Below, piece after piece: positions 11,684 through 22,237 of a DNA stretch of 64,000 nt. The notes below the pieces were generated by a model. The model had not been told where the DNA came from. It did no database searches and saw nothing but the letters and a program-made list of their open reading frames with translations. The stretch covers positions 800,001 through 864,000 of the forward strand of contig CBDCUI010000008.1 in assembly GCA_965222615.1 (NCBI GenBank), written 5' to 3'. Each line of letters starts with the position of its first letter. Within the stretch, counting starts at the first letter, position 1. The position numbers and the translations under genes were made by a program. The DNA is from Gammaproteobacteria bacterium. GTDB lineage: Bacteria > Pseudomonadota > Gammaproteobacteria > UBA4575.

Positions 11684-12371
11684 TACGAGTATTTTAGGTT
11701 TAATTGGCAATGCTAGCTTGTTGGTGCAGCTAGTCATGTTATTGCTACTCGTTGCGTCGGTGGTCTCTTGGACCATGATTGTAAGCAAATGGAGAATTAT
11801 TAAGGATGCCAGAAAGGAATCGGATGCATTTGAAGATAAGTTTTGGTCAGGTACGGATTTGGCTTCACTATATGAAAAGATTCGGTTGAAAAAAGATCCT
11901 GCAGGTATGGAGCATATTTTTATTGCGGGTTTCAAAGAATATGTGCGCCTGCATCGGCAGCGCAAAGTTTCTCCAATTGCTATTGCAGATACTGCGCTGC
12001 GTTCGATGAAAGTAGCGATGTCTCGTGAAGTGGAAGTGCTTGAGCACTATTTGGCTTTTCTGGCAACAGTGGGATCGACGGCTCCTTACATAGGCTTATT
12101 TGGTACGGTGTGGGGCATTATGAATTCATTTCGGGCACTAAGTGATGTACAGCAAGCCACATTATCGGCCGTTGCACCAGGTATTGCTGAAGCATTGATT
12201 GCTACTGCCATGGGTCTGTTTGCCGCTATTCCGGCAGTCATTGCGTATAACCGTTATTCGACTGATGTAGAGCGATTAGTCATACGCTATGACAACTTTG
12301 TAGAGGAATTTACCGCTTTATTGCAAAGGCAGGCTTTGACCAAAGATATGGATATACAGGAAAGCGCATAA
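11673..12371 (+). CDS. tolQ: TolQ
   Basis: PYIGLFGTVWGIM, VAPGIAEALIATA. Confidence 0.96.
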   Translation: MHVDTSILGLIGNASLLVQLVMLLLLVASVVSWTMIVSKWRIIKDARKESDAFEDKFWSGTDLASLYEKIRLKKDPAGMEHIFIAGFKEYVRLHRQRKVSPIAIADTALRSMKVAMSREVEVLEHYLAFLATVGSTAPYIGLFGTVWGIMNSFRALSDVQQATLSAVAPGIAEALIATAMGLFAAIPAVIAYNRYSTDVERLVIRYDNFVEEFTALLQRQALTKDMDIQESA

Positions 12372-12375
12372 AGCG

Positions 12376-12819
12376 ATGGCGACTGGAATCCGAAGACGTA
12401 AACGCATGTCAGAGATCAATGTCGTGCCGTATATCGACGTTACTCTGGTATTGTTGGTCATATTTATGGTCACCGCACCCTTGTTTCATCAAGGGGTTGA
12501 GGTGGAATTGCCCAGCGCCCCTGCGAAACAGCTAGATAAAACCGATGAAAATCAAGAACCTTTGATTATTTCGGTAAATCGAGCCGGGCAGGTGTTTGTA
12601 AATAAGGCAAAACAGCCAAAAGAATCAATTCCGGACGATCTATTTAGAAACCAAATTCGAGAAATACTATCTAAAGAGCAGGGAAATCCAATCTATGTTC
12701 GAGGAGATAAGGATGTGGATTATGGGCGAGTCGTCACAGTGATGGTAATGCTGCAAGATGCAGGTGCAGAGAATGTTGGTCTTATTACAGATCCAACGGT
12801 AGAAGAGCTTGAAAATTAG
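12376..12819 (+). CDS. tolR: TolR
   Basis: SEINVVPYIDVTLVLLVIFMVTAP. Confidence 0.95.
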   Translation: MATGIRRRKRMSEINVVPYIDVTLVLLVIFMVTAPLFHQGVEVELPSAPAKQLDKTDENQEPLIISVNRAGQVFVNKAKQPKESIPDDLFRNQIREILSKEQGNPIYVRGDKDVDYGRVVTVMVMLQDAGAENVGLITDPTVEELEN

Positions 12820-12825
12820 AGAATC

Positions 12826-13824
12826 ATGGCAAAGTTCAAACGACATTTACCAATGTCGGCAACAATCGCGATAATTATTCATCTGGTTGCTGTTGTGTTG
12901 CTTGTGGTTGGATACCAAATGAAGCGTGAACCTAGACCTAACCCGCAGGCAAACATTAACACTGTCAAAGCAAAAGTTATCAATGTTGAAAAACTAGCAG
13001 AACAGAAAAAGAAAGCACAAGAGGAAATTCAACGTAAAGAATTAGACAAGCAAAAAAAGATTGCTGAGCAAGAAAAAATTAAGCAAGAAAAGTTAAAACA
13101 AGAACAAGAAAAAAAGCGGCTTGAAGCAGAACTTGCAGAAGAAAAGAAAAAGGCTGAAGAGGCACGGCAAAGAGCAGAACTGGAACGCAAAAAAGCAGAA
13201 GAAGTTAAAAAGCAAGCTGAACTAGAAAAAAAACGACTTGAGGAATTAGCCAAGAAGAAAGCAGAAGAACAGCGACTTGCGGAAATAAAGAAAGCCGAGG
13301 AAGCAAAGAAGTTAGCAGAACAAAAAAAGGCTGAAGAGGCAAGAAAAAAAGCGAAATTAGAAAAGAAACGTAAAGAAGAAGAAGCGAAAAAATTAGCGGA
13401 AGAAAAAAAACGTAAGGAACAAGAAAGATTGGCTGCGGAGGAAGCTGCAGAACAGGAACGCTTGGCTAAAATTTTGGAACAAGAAGAGGCGGAGATGAAT
13501 GCAGCTGAACTTGAAGCACAGCAACTTGCAAATGCGCGCGCAATGAGTAAATTGATTGCCCAATACCAAGATGCAATCCGCAGTAGAATTCAAAGTCGAT
13601 GGCGTAAGCCATTAAATGAGCAACCTAATGCATGGTGTAAAGTGTATGTTCGGCAAGCACCTGGAGGTTATGTAGAAAATGTTGTAATTGAAGAATGCAC
13701 AGGTGATGAATCATTTAGGCGTTCTGTTGAAGAGGCAGTTTGGAAGTCAGATCCCTTACCAACTCCACCATCACCCGAGTTATTTGATCGAGATTTGCGT
13801 TTTAAATTTATACCGGAGACTTAA
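12826..13824 (+). CDS. tolA: TolA
   Basis: N-terminal TM with SxxxAxxxH, long K/E/A helix, C-terminal TolA domain; operon position. Confidence 0.92.
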   Translation: MAKFKRHLPMSATIAIIIHLVAVVLLVVGYQMKREPRPNPQANINTVKAKVINVEKLAEQKKKAQEEIQRKELDKQKKIAEQEKIKQEKLKQEQEKKRLEAELAEEKKKAEEARQRAELERKKAEEVKKQAELEKKRLEELAKKKAEEQRLAEIKKAEEAKKLAEQKKAEEARKKAKLEKKRKEEEAKKLAEEKKRKEQERLAAEEAAEQERLAKILEQEEAEMNAAELEAQQLANARAMSKLIAQYQDAIRSRIQSRWRKPLNEQPNAWCKVYVRQAPGGYVENVVIEECTGDESFRRSVEEAVWKSDPLPTPPSPELFDRDLRFKFIPET

Positions 13825-15119
13825 TGAAGAATATTATTAAACTATTAAGCGCTATGATTCTTGTTGTTGTGGGGCAAGCTGCGCATGCGATTTTAGAAAT
13901 TGAAATAACACAGGGCATTGAAGGGGCCATTCCAATCGCTGTAGTCGCATTTGCAGGGGATGTCTACACTTCACCTGAAGCAGTTGAAACAATTGTACGA
14001 AATGATTTAGGTAGTAGTGGGTTTTTTAATGTATTAAATAAGAGTAATTTCCCGCAAGTAGTTACTGATCCGACACAAATCAATTTTAATGCATGGCGAA
14101 ATACTGGGGTAGAGAATTTAATACTGGGTAAAGTTACTAAAGCGGGTGGAGATCAATACCGTATCGAGTTTCAGCTCATTGATCTAATAAGAAAGAAAAG
14201 GCTATTAGGCAATGTTATTCCTGCAACGAGTAAAGATGTACGCAAAGTCGGTCATAAGATTAGTGATGTCGTATTTGAAAAATTGACCGGTATACGTGGA
14301 GCGTTTAGTACGCGTGTTGCTTATGTCAGTACTATCAATAAGAATTCTGAGAACCCTAAATACATTTTGCAAATAGCGGATGCCGATGGGCACAACGCTA
14401 GAACGGTATTTTCATCAAATAAGCAGTTGTTATCTCCATCTTGGTCACCTGATGGAACAAAATTAGTCTATGTTTCTTTTGAGACGGGCAATTCTGCAAT
14501 TTATATTCAAGATATTATTCAAGGCACGCGCGCAAAGGTGTCGGCGCGTTCAGGTATAAATAGTGCTCCTGCATGGTCGCCAAATGGTAAATATTTGGCA
14601 TTTACACTCTCCGCGAGAGGTAGTCCCGATATTTATGTCATGGATATGAGTTCAAAAAATATCAGGCGTTTAACCAGTGCATCTTCGATCGATACGGAAC
14701 CTTGTTGGACACCAGATAGTAAATCATTATTATTTACCTCAGATCGTAGTGGAGGGCCGCAAATTTATGCAGTTGCCGTAAATGGTGGTAAGCCTAGCCG
14801 GCTTACTTTTGAAGGCAACTATAACGCTGCACCAGATATCTCTCCTGACGGTCGTTACATGACATTGGTGCATAATGGTGGGAATGGTTTTAGGATTGCG
14901 GTAATGGATCTGCAAAATAAAGCCATGCGGGTAATTACCAATGGAAGTTTGGATGAAGGGCCGAGTTATGCGCCCAATGGGAGTATGATTATTTATGCCA
15001 CTGCTGAACAAGGTCGTGGCGTCTTAGCGGCGGTGAGTGCAGATGGTAGAGTAAAACAAAGATTACGGTTGACGGAAGGTGATGTGCGGGAACCTGCGTG
15101 GTCGCCTTTTCGTTACTAA
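13824..15119 (+). CDS. tolB: TolB
   Basis: Signal peptide; PD40 repeats (SPSWSPDG, PAWSP). Confidence 0.96.
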   Translation: MKNIIKLLSAMILVVVGQAAHAILEIEITQGIEGAIPIAVVAFAGDVYTSPEAVETIVRNDLGSSGFFNVLNKSNFPQVVTDPTQINFNAWRNTGVENLILGKVTKAGGDQYRIEFQLIDLIRKKRLLGNVIPATSKDVRKVGHKISDVVFEKLTGIRGAFSTRVAYVSTINKNSENPKYILQIADADGHNARTVFSSNKQLLSPSWSPDGTKLVYVSFETGNSAIYIQDIIQGTRAKVSARSGINSAPAWSPNGKYLAFTLSARGSPDIYVMDMSSKNIRRLTSASSIDTEPCWTPDSKSLLFTSDRSGGPQIYAVAVNGGKPSRLTFEGNYNAAPDISPDGRYMTLVHNGGNGFRIAVMDLQNKAMRVITNGSLDEGPSYAPNGSMIIYATAEQGRGVLAAVSADGRVKQRLRLTEGDVREPAWSPFRY

Positions 15120-15150
15120 TGTGTATGACTAAATAGAGGAGAATGAAGTC

Positions 15151-15669
15151 ATGATTAAACAACTTATATGTATGTTATTGATAAGCTTTTTTGTCATTGG
15201 TGCTTGTAGCACCAAGACGAAAGAAATGCCAGGCGATGTCATCAGTGCAGATTATGAAGGTGATGTTGGCGATGGATCTGAAACAACAGGCCTTGATGGT
15301 GAAGGTGATTTAGCAATGGATGGACTTGGTGACGGCAGCCTTACATCCGGTAACGTGATTTATTTCGACTATAATAGTGCCGAAATTCGAGATGATTCAT
15401 TGCCTTTAATTGCATCGGCAGCTGAAACCTTGGCATCTAATCCTGCAATGCAAATGCGTTTAGAAGGACATGCAGATGAGCGAGGCACACGTGAGTATAA
15501 TCTTGCCTTAGGCGAACAACGTGCCAAATCTGTACGTGAATTGATTATGCTGCAAGGTGCTAGTGGCAATCAAATAGATATCGTCAGCTATGGCGAAGAA
15601 AAACCTGCGGTAATTGGATCTGGTGAGGAATCCTGGCAACAAAATAGAAGAGTGGAATTGATTTACTAA
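15151..15669 (+). CDS. pal: Peptidoglycan-associated lipoprotein Pal
   Basis: Lipobox IGAC; EGHADERGTREYNLALGEQRA; NRRVE. Confidence 0.96.
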   Translation: MIKQLICMLLISFFVIGACSTKTKEMPGDVISADYEGDVGDGSETTGLDGEGDLAMDGLGDGSLTSGNVIYFDYNSAEIRDDSLPLIASAAETLASNPAMQMRLEGHADERGTREYNLALGEQRAKSVRELIMLQGASGNQIDIVSYGEEKPAVIGSGEESWQQNRRVELIY

Positions 15670-15707
15670 AAAAGCAGGCCATTAATATTGTTGGAGAAAA
15701 TTTCAGG

Positions 15708-16574
15708 ATGAAAATAATCAAAATGCTTATGGCATTTGCATTGGTAGTGTTGTCGACTACCGTAACTGCGCACAAAGCGACAGAAGCGAGAGTGGATGCG
15801 TTGGATGCAAGGACGCAACGCATTGAGCGCGTTGTAGATAATCAGGCATTGCTTGGAATGGCAAAAAAAATTGAAGCATTGCAACGCGAATTGCAAGAAC
15901 TTCGCGGCGAAAATGAGCGACTTACCTATGAGTTAAATACTCTCAAGGAGCGCCAACGTGAACAATATTTGGATTTAGATCGACGACTACAATCTTCAAC
16001 AGGTGCGGCGAGTATTGGGGCTGCTCCTGCACAAAGTCAAGTTATAGATGGGCAAATTGTAGATAGAAACATCGTAACGAATTCTACTGTCTCGCAAACA
16101 ACTGAGGCACCAAAAATATCTACAACTGATCCTTCATCAACCCAAATCGCCACCACATCTAGTGCAACTACATCAGCAGGTGTGTCTAGTGATGCTGCTC
16201 AAGACTATAAAAGTGCCTTTACTTTGTTAAAGCAAGGTAAATACGATGATTCAATCGTATCTTTTGAGGCATTTCTACAAAACCATCCAACTAGTAAATA
16301 TGCTTCTAATGCGCAGTATTGGCTCGCAGAAGCAAATTATGTTTCCAAGCGTTACCCTAAGGCATTAACTGAATTTTCAAAAGTGATCAACGAATATCCT
16401 GCTAGCTCTAAAGTTGCGGATGCAAGGTTAAAGCTAGGTTTTACCTATTATGAATTGGGTAAGTATGAAGAAGCCAAAATTGAGCTGACAAAACTGCGTG
16501 CGCAATTTCCAAACTCAAGTGTAGCAAGTCTTGCGCAACAACGCCTCGAGCGCATGTCAAGAGAAGGTAAGTAA
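15708..16574 (+). CDS. cpoB: Tol-pal protein YbgF/CpoB
   Basis: Coiled coil plus TPRs (NAQYWLAE, DARLKLG); follows pal. Confidence 0.92.
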   Translation: MKIIKMLMAFALVVLSTTVTAHKATEARVDALDARTQRIERVVDNQALLGMAKKIEALQRELQELRGENERLTYELNTLKERQREQYLDLDRRLQSSTGAASIGAAPAQSQVIDGQIVDRNIVTNSTVSQTTEAPKISTTDPSSTQIATTSSATTSAGVSSDAAQDYKSAFTLLKQGKYDDSIVSFEAFLQNHPTSKYASNAQYWLAEANYVSKRYPKALTEFSKVINEYPASSKVADARLKLGFTYYELGKYEEAKIELTKLRAQFPNSSVASLAQQRLERMSREGK

Positions 16575-16591
16575 ACTCAAAGGCTTTAAAC

Positions 16592-17272
16592 ATGAACGCG
16601 ACCGTTACATGTTTGAGTGTGACACCTCAGTTACAACGACTTCGTATCACTGAAATATTTGCCTCAATCCAGGGCGAGTCTACTACTGTCGGGATTCCTA
16701 CTATATTTATTCGATTAACTGGTTGTCCTTTACGTTGTAATTACTGTGATACATCTTATGCATTTACAGGCGGCGAATGGATGGATCTAACTAGTATTGA
16801 GGAAAGAGTGGCAAGCTTGCATTTAAAACATGTTACAGTGACTGGTGGTGAGCCGCTCGCGCAAAAGTCATGCTTGACTTTGCTGACAAGTCTCTGTGAT
16901 AAAAATTACTTGGTTTCGCTTGAAACTAGTGGCGCACTAGATATTAGTAAAGTTGATCCGCGTGTTGTAAAAATAGTAGACATTAAAACTCCTGCATCTG
17001 GAGAAGTTAGTAGGAATTACTGGGAAAACATAAATTATCTTCGTGAGCAAGATCAAATCAAGTTTGTGATAGGTAATCAGTCAGATTATGTATGGGCAAA
17101 AGAAATTATTTCAGAGCATCGTTTAACACAGCGTTGTGAAGTTTTATTTTCGCCTAGTCATGAAGAACTTGAATCAAAACAGCTCGCTGAGTGGATTTTA
17201 GAAGACAAGCTTAATGTACGTTTACAACTACAACTTCACAAGATTCTTTGGGGCAATGAGCCCGGTCGTTAA
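16592..17272 (+). CDS. queE: 7-carboxy-7-deazaguanine synthase (radical SAM)
   Basis: SIQGE, GCPLRCNYCDT, TGGEP, QLHK. Confidence 0.95.
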   Translation: MNATVTCLSVTPQLQRLRITEIFASIQGESTTVGIPTIFIRLTGCPLRCNYCDTSYAFTGGEWMDLTSIEERVASLHLKHVTVTGGEPLAQKSCLTLLTSLCDKNYLVSLETSGALDISKVDPRVVKIVDIKTPASGEVSRNYWENINYLREQDQIKFVIGNQSDYVWAKEIISEHRLTQRCEVLFSPSHEELESKQLAEWILEDKLNVRLQLQLHKILWGNEPGR

Positions 17273-17292
17273 CATTCTTTAGGTCAGGTTGA

Positions 17293-17970
17293 TTGCCGCA
17301 ACAAACCAAAGCCATTGTTCTACTTTCAGGTGGACTTGATTCAGCGACTACACTAGCTTTTGCTCGATCTCAGGGTTATTCCTGTTATGCATTGAGCTTT
17401 CAATATGGTCAACGCCATAATGTTGAATTAATCGCCGCAAAAAAAATTGCGCAAGCATGTCAGGTAATAGAACACAAAATTTTTAATATTGATCTTTCTA
17501 CTTTTAAAGGTTCAGCACTTACGGATGAAACCATTAACGTTCCAACTGATTCGACTCAAGAAATTCCGGTTACCTATGTGCCGGCACGCAATACGGTGTT
17601 TCTTTCAATTGCACTAGCTTGGGCCGAAGTACTAAGTGTTCAAGATATATTTATAGGTGTGAATGCGGTGGATTATTCAGGCTATCCCGACTGTCGCCCT
17701 GAATACATAAACGCTTTTCAAAACATGGCTAATTTGGCGACTAAAGCTGCTATTGAAGGGCAAACACTGCATATTCACACCCCTCTAATATCGATGTCAA
17801 AAGCAGAGATAATTAAAACTGGTGTTGATCTGGGCGTAGATTATTCAGATACCATATCTTGTTATAGCGCAGATGAGCAAGGTCGTGCTTGCGGGATTTG
17901 TGATTCGTGCCGTTTTCGTAAACAAGGGTTTTTGGACGCAGGAGTTTCTGATCCAACATTATATATATGA
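17293..17970 (+). CDS. queC: 7-cyano-7-deazaguanine synthase
   Basis: SGGLDS, TYVPARN, GYPDCR, CY...CGICDSC. Confidence 0.96.
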   Translation: MPQQTKAIVLLSGGLDSATTLAFARSQGYSCYALSFQYGQRHNVELIAAKKIAQACQVIEHKIFNIDLSTFKGSALTDETINVPTDSTQEIPVTYVPARNTVFLSIALAWAEVLSVQDIFIGVNAVDYSGYPDCRPEYINAFQNMANLATKAAIEGQTLHIHTPLISMSKAEIIKTGVDLGVDYSDTISCYSADEQGRACGICDSCRFRKQGFLDAGVSDPTLYI

Positions 17971-18044
17971 ATTATTTGCTTAAACTTGGATAGACTCATA
18001 CATTGGAGCTTTATTTGAATATGATGTAGGATAGCGCGCCGCAT

Positions 18045-18120
18045 GGGGCGTTAGCTCAGCTGGTAGAGCACTCGGCTTTTAACCGATTGGTCATAGGTTC
18101 GAATCCTATACGCCCCACCA
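18045..18120 (+). tRNA. tRNA-Lys(UUU)
   Basis: 76-nt cloverleaf, anticodon loop CTTTTAA, GGTTCGAATCC T-arm, encoded CCA. Confidence 0.96.
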
Positions 18121-18188
18121 AGTTATTAAGTTTCTAGGTCTTTAGTTTAAGTAGCTAATTAAAATTCATATACGTTGTTAAAAGTATA

Positions 18189-18308
18189 GGATGAGAACCT
18201 CGGGTTCGACAAAATCGCCGGGAGCGATTTTGAACATCGTCACGTAGTGACGATGGCCTGAAAGGCGGAGGGCATGGATAGCCCGAAGTAATCCTATACG
18301 CCCCACCA
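18189..18308 (+). repeat. tRNA-linked element: palindromic family B insert within a duplicated tRNA T-arm/3' end
   Basis: GGTTCGA-[CAAAATCGCCGGGAGCGATTTTG...GCCCGAAGT]-AATCCTATACGCCCCACCA; the last 19 nt equal the tRNA 3' end. Confidence 0.75.
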
Positions 18309-18320
18309 CCTTTGCGTGTA

Positions 18321-18625
18321 GGTAGTACACGCAAATTAATTATGACGGAGTCATTCCTAAAATAATAAAACTTAGTATTAGCAATTAATAACCTACAGAT
18401 AATAGGTCCCGTGTATATAAAGAAGTTGCTGTAATTACGGTGGACGAGACCTGGGTATTATGCGTAAATTAATATGTGGCGAAGCCACTCCTAAAACGAT
18501 AAAACTTAGTTTTAGCAATTAATAGTCTACAGATGATAGGTCCCATATAGATAAAAGATTGTTGTGATTACGATGGATAGGACCTGGTAGTACACGCAAA
18601 TTAATCATGACGTAGTCATTCCTAA
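18321..18625. repeat. Degenerate ~132-bp tandem repeat (about 2.3 units)
   Basis: Units start near 18321, 18453 and 18586 and share GC(A/G)..AAATTAAT and TCCTAAA; the two full units also share AAAACTTAGT.TTAGCAATTAATA and CTACAGAT.ATAGGTCCC. Confidence 0.8.
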
Positions 18626-19064
18626 ATTTTTTCTTTGTATGTATCGCTTCGCGATTATCTGATTTGCATGTAATACTCACATGCAAGTTAATAGCCCCGA
18701 TCAAGTACGTTTCCCCACTTCTTAAACTATGTTACAAACTATTCAGCCTGTTTTAACCAAAAACTGATCAGGTCTTCAATTGATCCTTGATGCACTTTTT
18801 TATATTTATATTTATCAGTATATGTAGGTGAAGTAATTTCAAATAGAACTGGGTAAATTTTAGAATCACACATAACAAACCTGTTAGTATTTTGTAATAC
18901 AATTTATTTGTATAAAAATATAACTTTTTTAAGAGAGAATTTTGAAAATGTATATCTGAATTTAATAATAGAAATTAACTAATAAAATTATAAATTTGTA
19001 GTGCTATTATTTTTTTTATATGAGTTTTTAAAGCTTTACTTCCATAACAAGTTAAAAATACAAT

Positions 19065-20285
19065 CTATCTGTTATTCATCCAGGATGGTAGCTTGAAATT
19101 GCCAACATTGTATGGTTCAGGGGCAATTAATATCTGTTCATATTTATCTCCTTGGATTTGAAAAAACAAATGTGGCATTCCCAAAGATGGATCGTTAGTA
19201 GCATCTGGGAAAGGGATAGCTGCTTGCCATTTAGAGTGATAGTTAATAATTCCTGCTACGCTTCTGTATATTGTTTCTTTTAGTTTTTCTGCCACCTGTT
19301 TATTTTGTTCAATATCTCCAGGGTGCCCAGTGCCGCCAGCAAGTGTTGCTGCAATTGCGTAATGATGCATTGCACCATATGGTAAGCAACCCACACTGGG
19401 AGTTGAATTTTCACCGAATCGAGCATAGTACCTTTTTGCAAATGCGCGACCTATTTCATCCTGTAATAACCCGATTACCGTACCAACAATAATACCTCTA
19501 GCAGCTTCACCAGCAACTTCTGTAAAAGCTTGATGCATGGCTCCATACTGTAAATAGATAAGACTATTAGTAGGGTTTTCTAAAAATTGTTTTTGAAAAT
19601 GTGCAAGATCAACAGAATAGAAATGAGTGTTTGCTATTGCAGACGGGTTTATTTTGTTTAATTTTTTAAGCACATCACGCCATTCAGTGGTCGGTGTTTG
19701 AACAATCTCAGGGCCAAAAGCTATTTCCCATCCAAAGTTCTTTGCTACCGATTTCATCGCATTTGCAATAACGATGCTATAGGGTTTTGATCCAGAAATA
19801 ATCGCAAGTTTGTTATTGGATGGCTTCCATTTATCTGAATCACGTAACCAAGAAATAAATTTGATAAAACCTTGGCCGTACCAATATTCAGCTGGATCAC
19901 CCATGAAGCAACCGAAGTAGCGTTCAGGGTCACCCGTTACAGTGTCATGATGTTGTAATAATGTATTATGATTTATGTAGATGATGCCAGCATCGGCAAT
20001 AATGTCATATTCTGCATTTTGTGGACCAATATTATAACCATTAATTATGGCATGCACGTGGCTTTCATTAATTAACGATTGTGCAGCTGCAATTACTTCA
20101 CCAGCGGTTTGGGTTCGAGTATCGGCAGAAATCAGTTCAATCATCTGCCCGCAGATCCCTCCTTTTGAGTTGATTTCTTCAACAGCTAATAATGCTCCGT
20201 TGAGTGATTCAATTCCGTCTGCTGCTGAAGGGCCCGTGAGTGGTACCATCGAACCAATAGGAATTGTTTCGCTAGTGTTTTTCAC
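19065..20285 (-). CDS. Liv/AmiC-type substrate-binding-fold protein without signal peptide (likely cytoplasmic sensor)
   Basis: IPIGSMVPLTG...AVEEINSKGG starts at residue 8; GTG overlaps the kinase stop (GTGA). Confidence 0.8.
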   Translation of the reverse strand: MKNTSETIPIGSMVPLTGPSAADGIESLNGALLAVEEINSKGGICGQMIELISADTRTQTAGEVIAAAQSLINESHVHAIINGYNIGPQNAEYDIIADAGIIYINHNTLLQHHDTVTGDPERYFGCFMGDPAEYWYGQGFIKFISWLRDSDKWKPSNNKLAIISGSKPYSIVIANAMKSVAKNFGWEIAFGPEIVQTPTTEWRDVLKKLNKINPSAIANTHFYSVDLAHFQKQFLENPTNSLIYLQYGAMHQAFTEVAGEAARGIIVGTVIGLLQDEIGRAFAKRYYARFGENSTPSVGCLPYGAMHHYAIAATLAGGTGHPGDIEQNKQVAEKLKETIYRSVAGIINYHSKWQAAIPFPDATNDPSLGMPHLFFQIQGDKYEQILIAPEPYNVGNFKLPSWMNNR

Positions 20286-22222
20286 GCATTTGTTTCCTGC
20301 AAGGATTTTGGCTCAAATAATAAATTGTGCATCATCAGTCTTAGCTGCGGGGGGTTCAATGGTTTGATCAAAATTGGAAAATTTAGTGACTTGATATACT
20401 CAATTATTTTCGGATCAGTGTCTGCAGTCATAACGATGCACGGAAGGCTGGAATCAAGTTTTTTTCTTATTGAGTTTGCAACTTGAGTGCCTGTAGTACC
20501 CGCGTGTAATCTGTAGTCAACAAGCAATAAATCAGGTGTCCAATCTTCAGTATCTAGAATTGATAAAACATTTTCCTCACTTTCAGCTAAACGTATGTTT
20601 ACACCCCATCTATTAAAGAGTTCAGCTAGTGAGTCGCGAAGAATCTCATCATCTTCAACAATTAAAACTTTTGTTTTGGAAAATTCTCCACCAATGGCTT
20701 CACTAATTTCAGGTTCTCCAACTTCACTTTTCCAAACATCACCTAAAGGTAAATCAATTGCAAATACAGATCCTTTCCCTAAAGAAGATTTAAGATGAAT
20801 GCAATGGTCAAGTAGCTTAGCTATACGTTGAGCAATATTAAGGCCAAGTCCTAATCCTTGTTTTTGCTTTTTTATTTTTTTGGGTACTTGATAAAATTCA
20901 TCAAAAATTGTGTCTAAATGCTCTTCAGGAATGCCACAACCTGTATCATGAATTTCAAGTCTAATTTTGTTACTTTTTCTGCGACAGCCAATCAATATCT
21001 TTCCAATATCTGTATAGCGGATTGCATTGGCAACAAAGTTGCTAATTATACGTTCAAGTAATGCACTATCACTGACGATTGTGACTTTGGTTGGAACGAC
21101 ATGAAAGTATAAACCTTTTTCTGTAGCTTGATGCTTGAACTGAATTTCGATACGTTCTAAAAGTGATGCCAGTTGAAAATTAGTAACGCGAGGGGTAATT
21201 TTACCTGCGTCAAGATGACCTACTTGAAGTAAAACGTTTAGAATATCTTCCATAATACTTGCTGAAATATCCATTGCATGTAATAAATCCTGACGGTGTT
21301 TTTCATCTTCTTCGTTTATGCACGAGTAGATAAGAATTTTCAGAGTAGCTAATGGTTGTCGCAGATCATGATTTGCGGCACGTAAAAAGCGTGATTTATT
21401 GGTACTCGCGCTTTCTGCGAGTTCTTTTGCTTGTCGTAAAGCTTTTTCACCTCGTCTCTGCGCGGACAAATCATTTATAATAGTAATAGTTCCTGAGGTT
21501 TCTATGTGCTGCTCAATCATTTCAATACTGCGACCATCTGGGAAAAATATTTCTGCTGAGCCCCCATTAATATGTATATGTTTGCGTTCTTCACTCCATT
21601 TGTCACGATCTGTTCCAGAGTATATCTCATTAGTACTTGCAGCGAGATCAATGAAAGCAGAATAGGAAAGACCTTTTTCAAGGCAAGATGAAATAGGATA
21701 AAAAAATTCTTCAAATTTCGAGTTGTAAGTTAATAGCAAATCTTTACTATCCCAAATCGCAATCCCAAAATTGGAATATTCGAAGGCTTGTAAAATCAAG
21801 CTTTGGTCTGTAACCGGTGCTTTTGTATTGCGTAAGCTTGTAATATTTTGAGTTGAACCAATTATTTCCTGGATATCACCACGAGAATCAGGAATCGGAG
21901 TAGCTGTATCACGCACCCAGCAAGTTGACTCATCTGATAAAATAATTCGGTAATCAATTGTCGAGTTATTTCCTGATATTAAATTATTCCAATGTGTTTC
22001 AAATTTTGTGATGTCGAGTTCAGATATTTTAGGAGCATTATTGTTAGATTTTAGATAGAGTATGAGTGGAGGCAATGATAAATTTTGTAATGATCCTGTT
22101 TGCCAAATAACATTGGGTTTCCCTAATTTATCAATGCAAACTGAATAAGAGATGCATTCGATAAGACTTGCAGCAACCGAAAATCTATCAACTGTTGGTG
22201 AAGTAGAAGGATCAAGCAACAT
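20282..22222 (-). CDS. Soluble hybrid histidine kinase (PAS-like, HisKA, HATPase, REC)
   Basis: AANHDLRQPL, NFVANAIRYT, DTGCGI, GLGLGL, LIVEDD...VDYRL...KP; no TM helix evident. Confidence 0.9.
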   Translation of the reverse strand: MLLDPSTSPTVDRFSVAASLIECISYSVCIDKLGKPNVIWQTGSLQNLSLPPLILYLKSNNNAPKISELDITKFETHWNNLISGNNSTIDYRIILSDESTCWVRDTATPIPDSRGDIQEIIGSTQNITSLRNTKAPVTDQSLILQAFEYSNFGIAIWDSKDLLLTYNSKFEEFFYPISSCLEKGLSYSAFIDLAASTNEIYSGTDRDKWSEERKHIHINGGSAEIFFPDGRSIEMIEQHIETSGTITIINDLSAQRRGEKALRQAKELAESASTNKSRFLRAANHDLRQPLATLKILIYSCINEEDEKHRQDLLHAMDISASIMEDILNVLLQVGHLDAGKITPRVTNFQLASLLERIEIQFKHQATEKGLYFHVVPTKVTIVSDSALLERIISNFVANAIRYTDIGKILIGCRRKSNKIRLEIHDTGCGIPEEHLDTIFDEFYQVPKKIKKQKQGLGLGLNIAQRIAKLLDHCIHLKSSLGKGSVFAIDLPLGDVWKSEVGEPEISEAIGGEFSKTKVLIVEDDEILRDSLAELFNRWGVNIRLAESEENVLSILDTEDWTPDLLLVDYRLHAGTTGTQVANSIRKKLDSSLPCIVMTADTDPKIIEYIKSLNFPILIKPLNPPQLRLMMHNLLFEPKSLQETNA

Positions 22223-22237
22223 TTAATTTGGAAATTA

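Noticed and set aside
13000-13500. Low-complexity A-rich repeats
   Set aside because: Normal K/E/A helical domain of TolA.
18321-18625. Possible CRISPR array or 61-aa ORF (18519..18704)
   Set aside because: Whole units are similar, with no unique spacers and no cas genes; the ORF frame is not clearly preserved between units.
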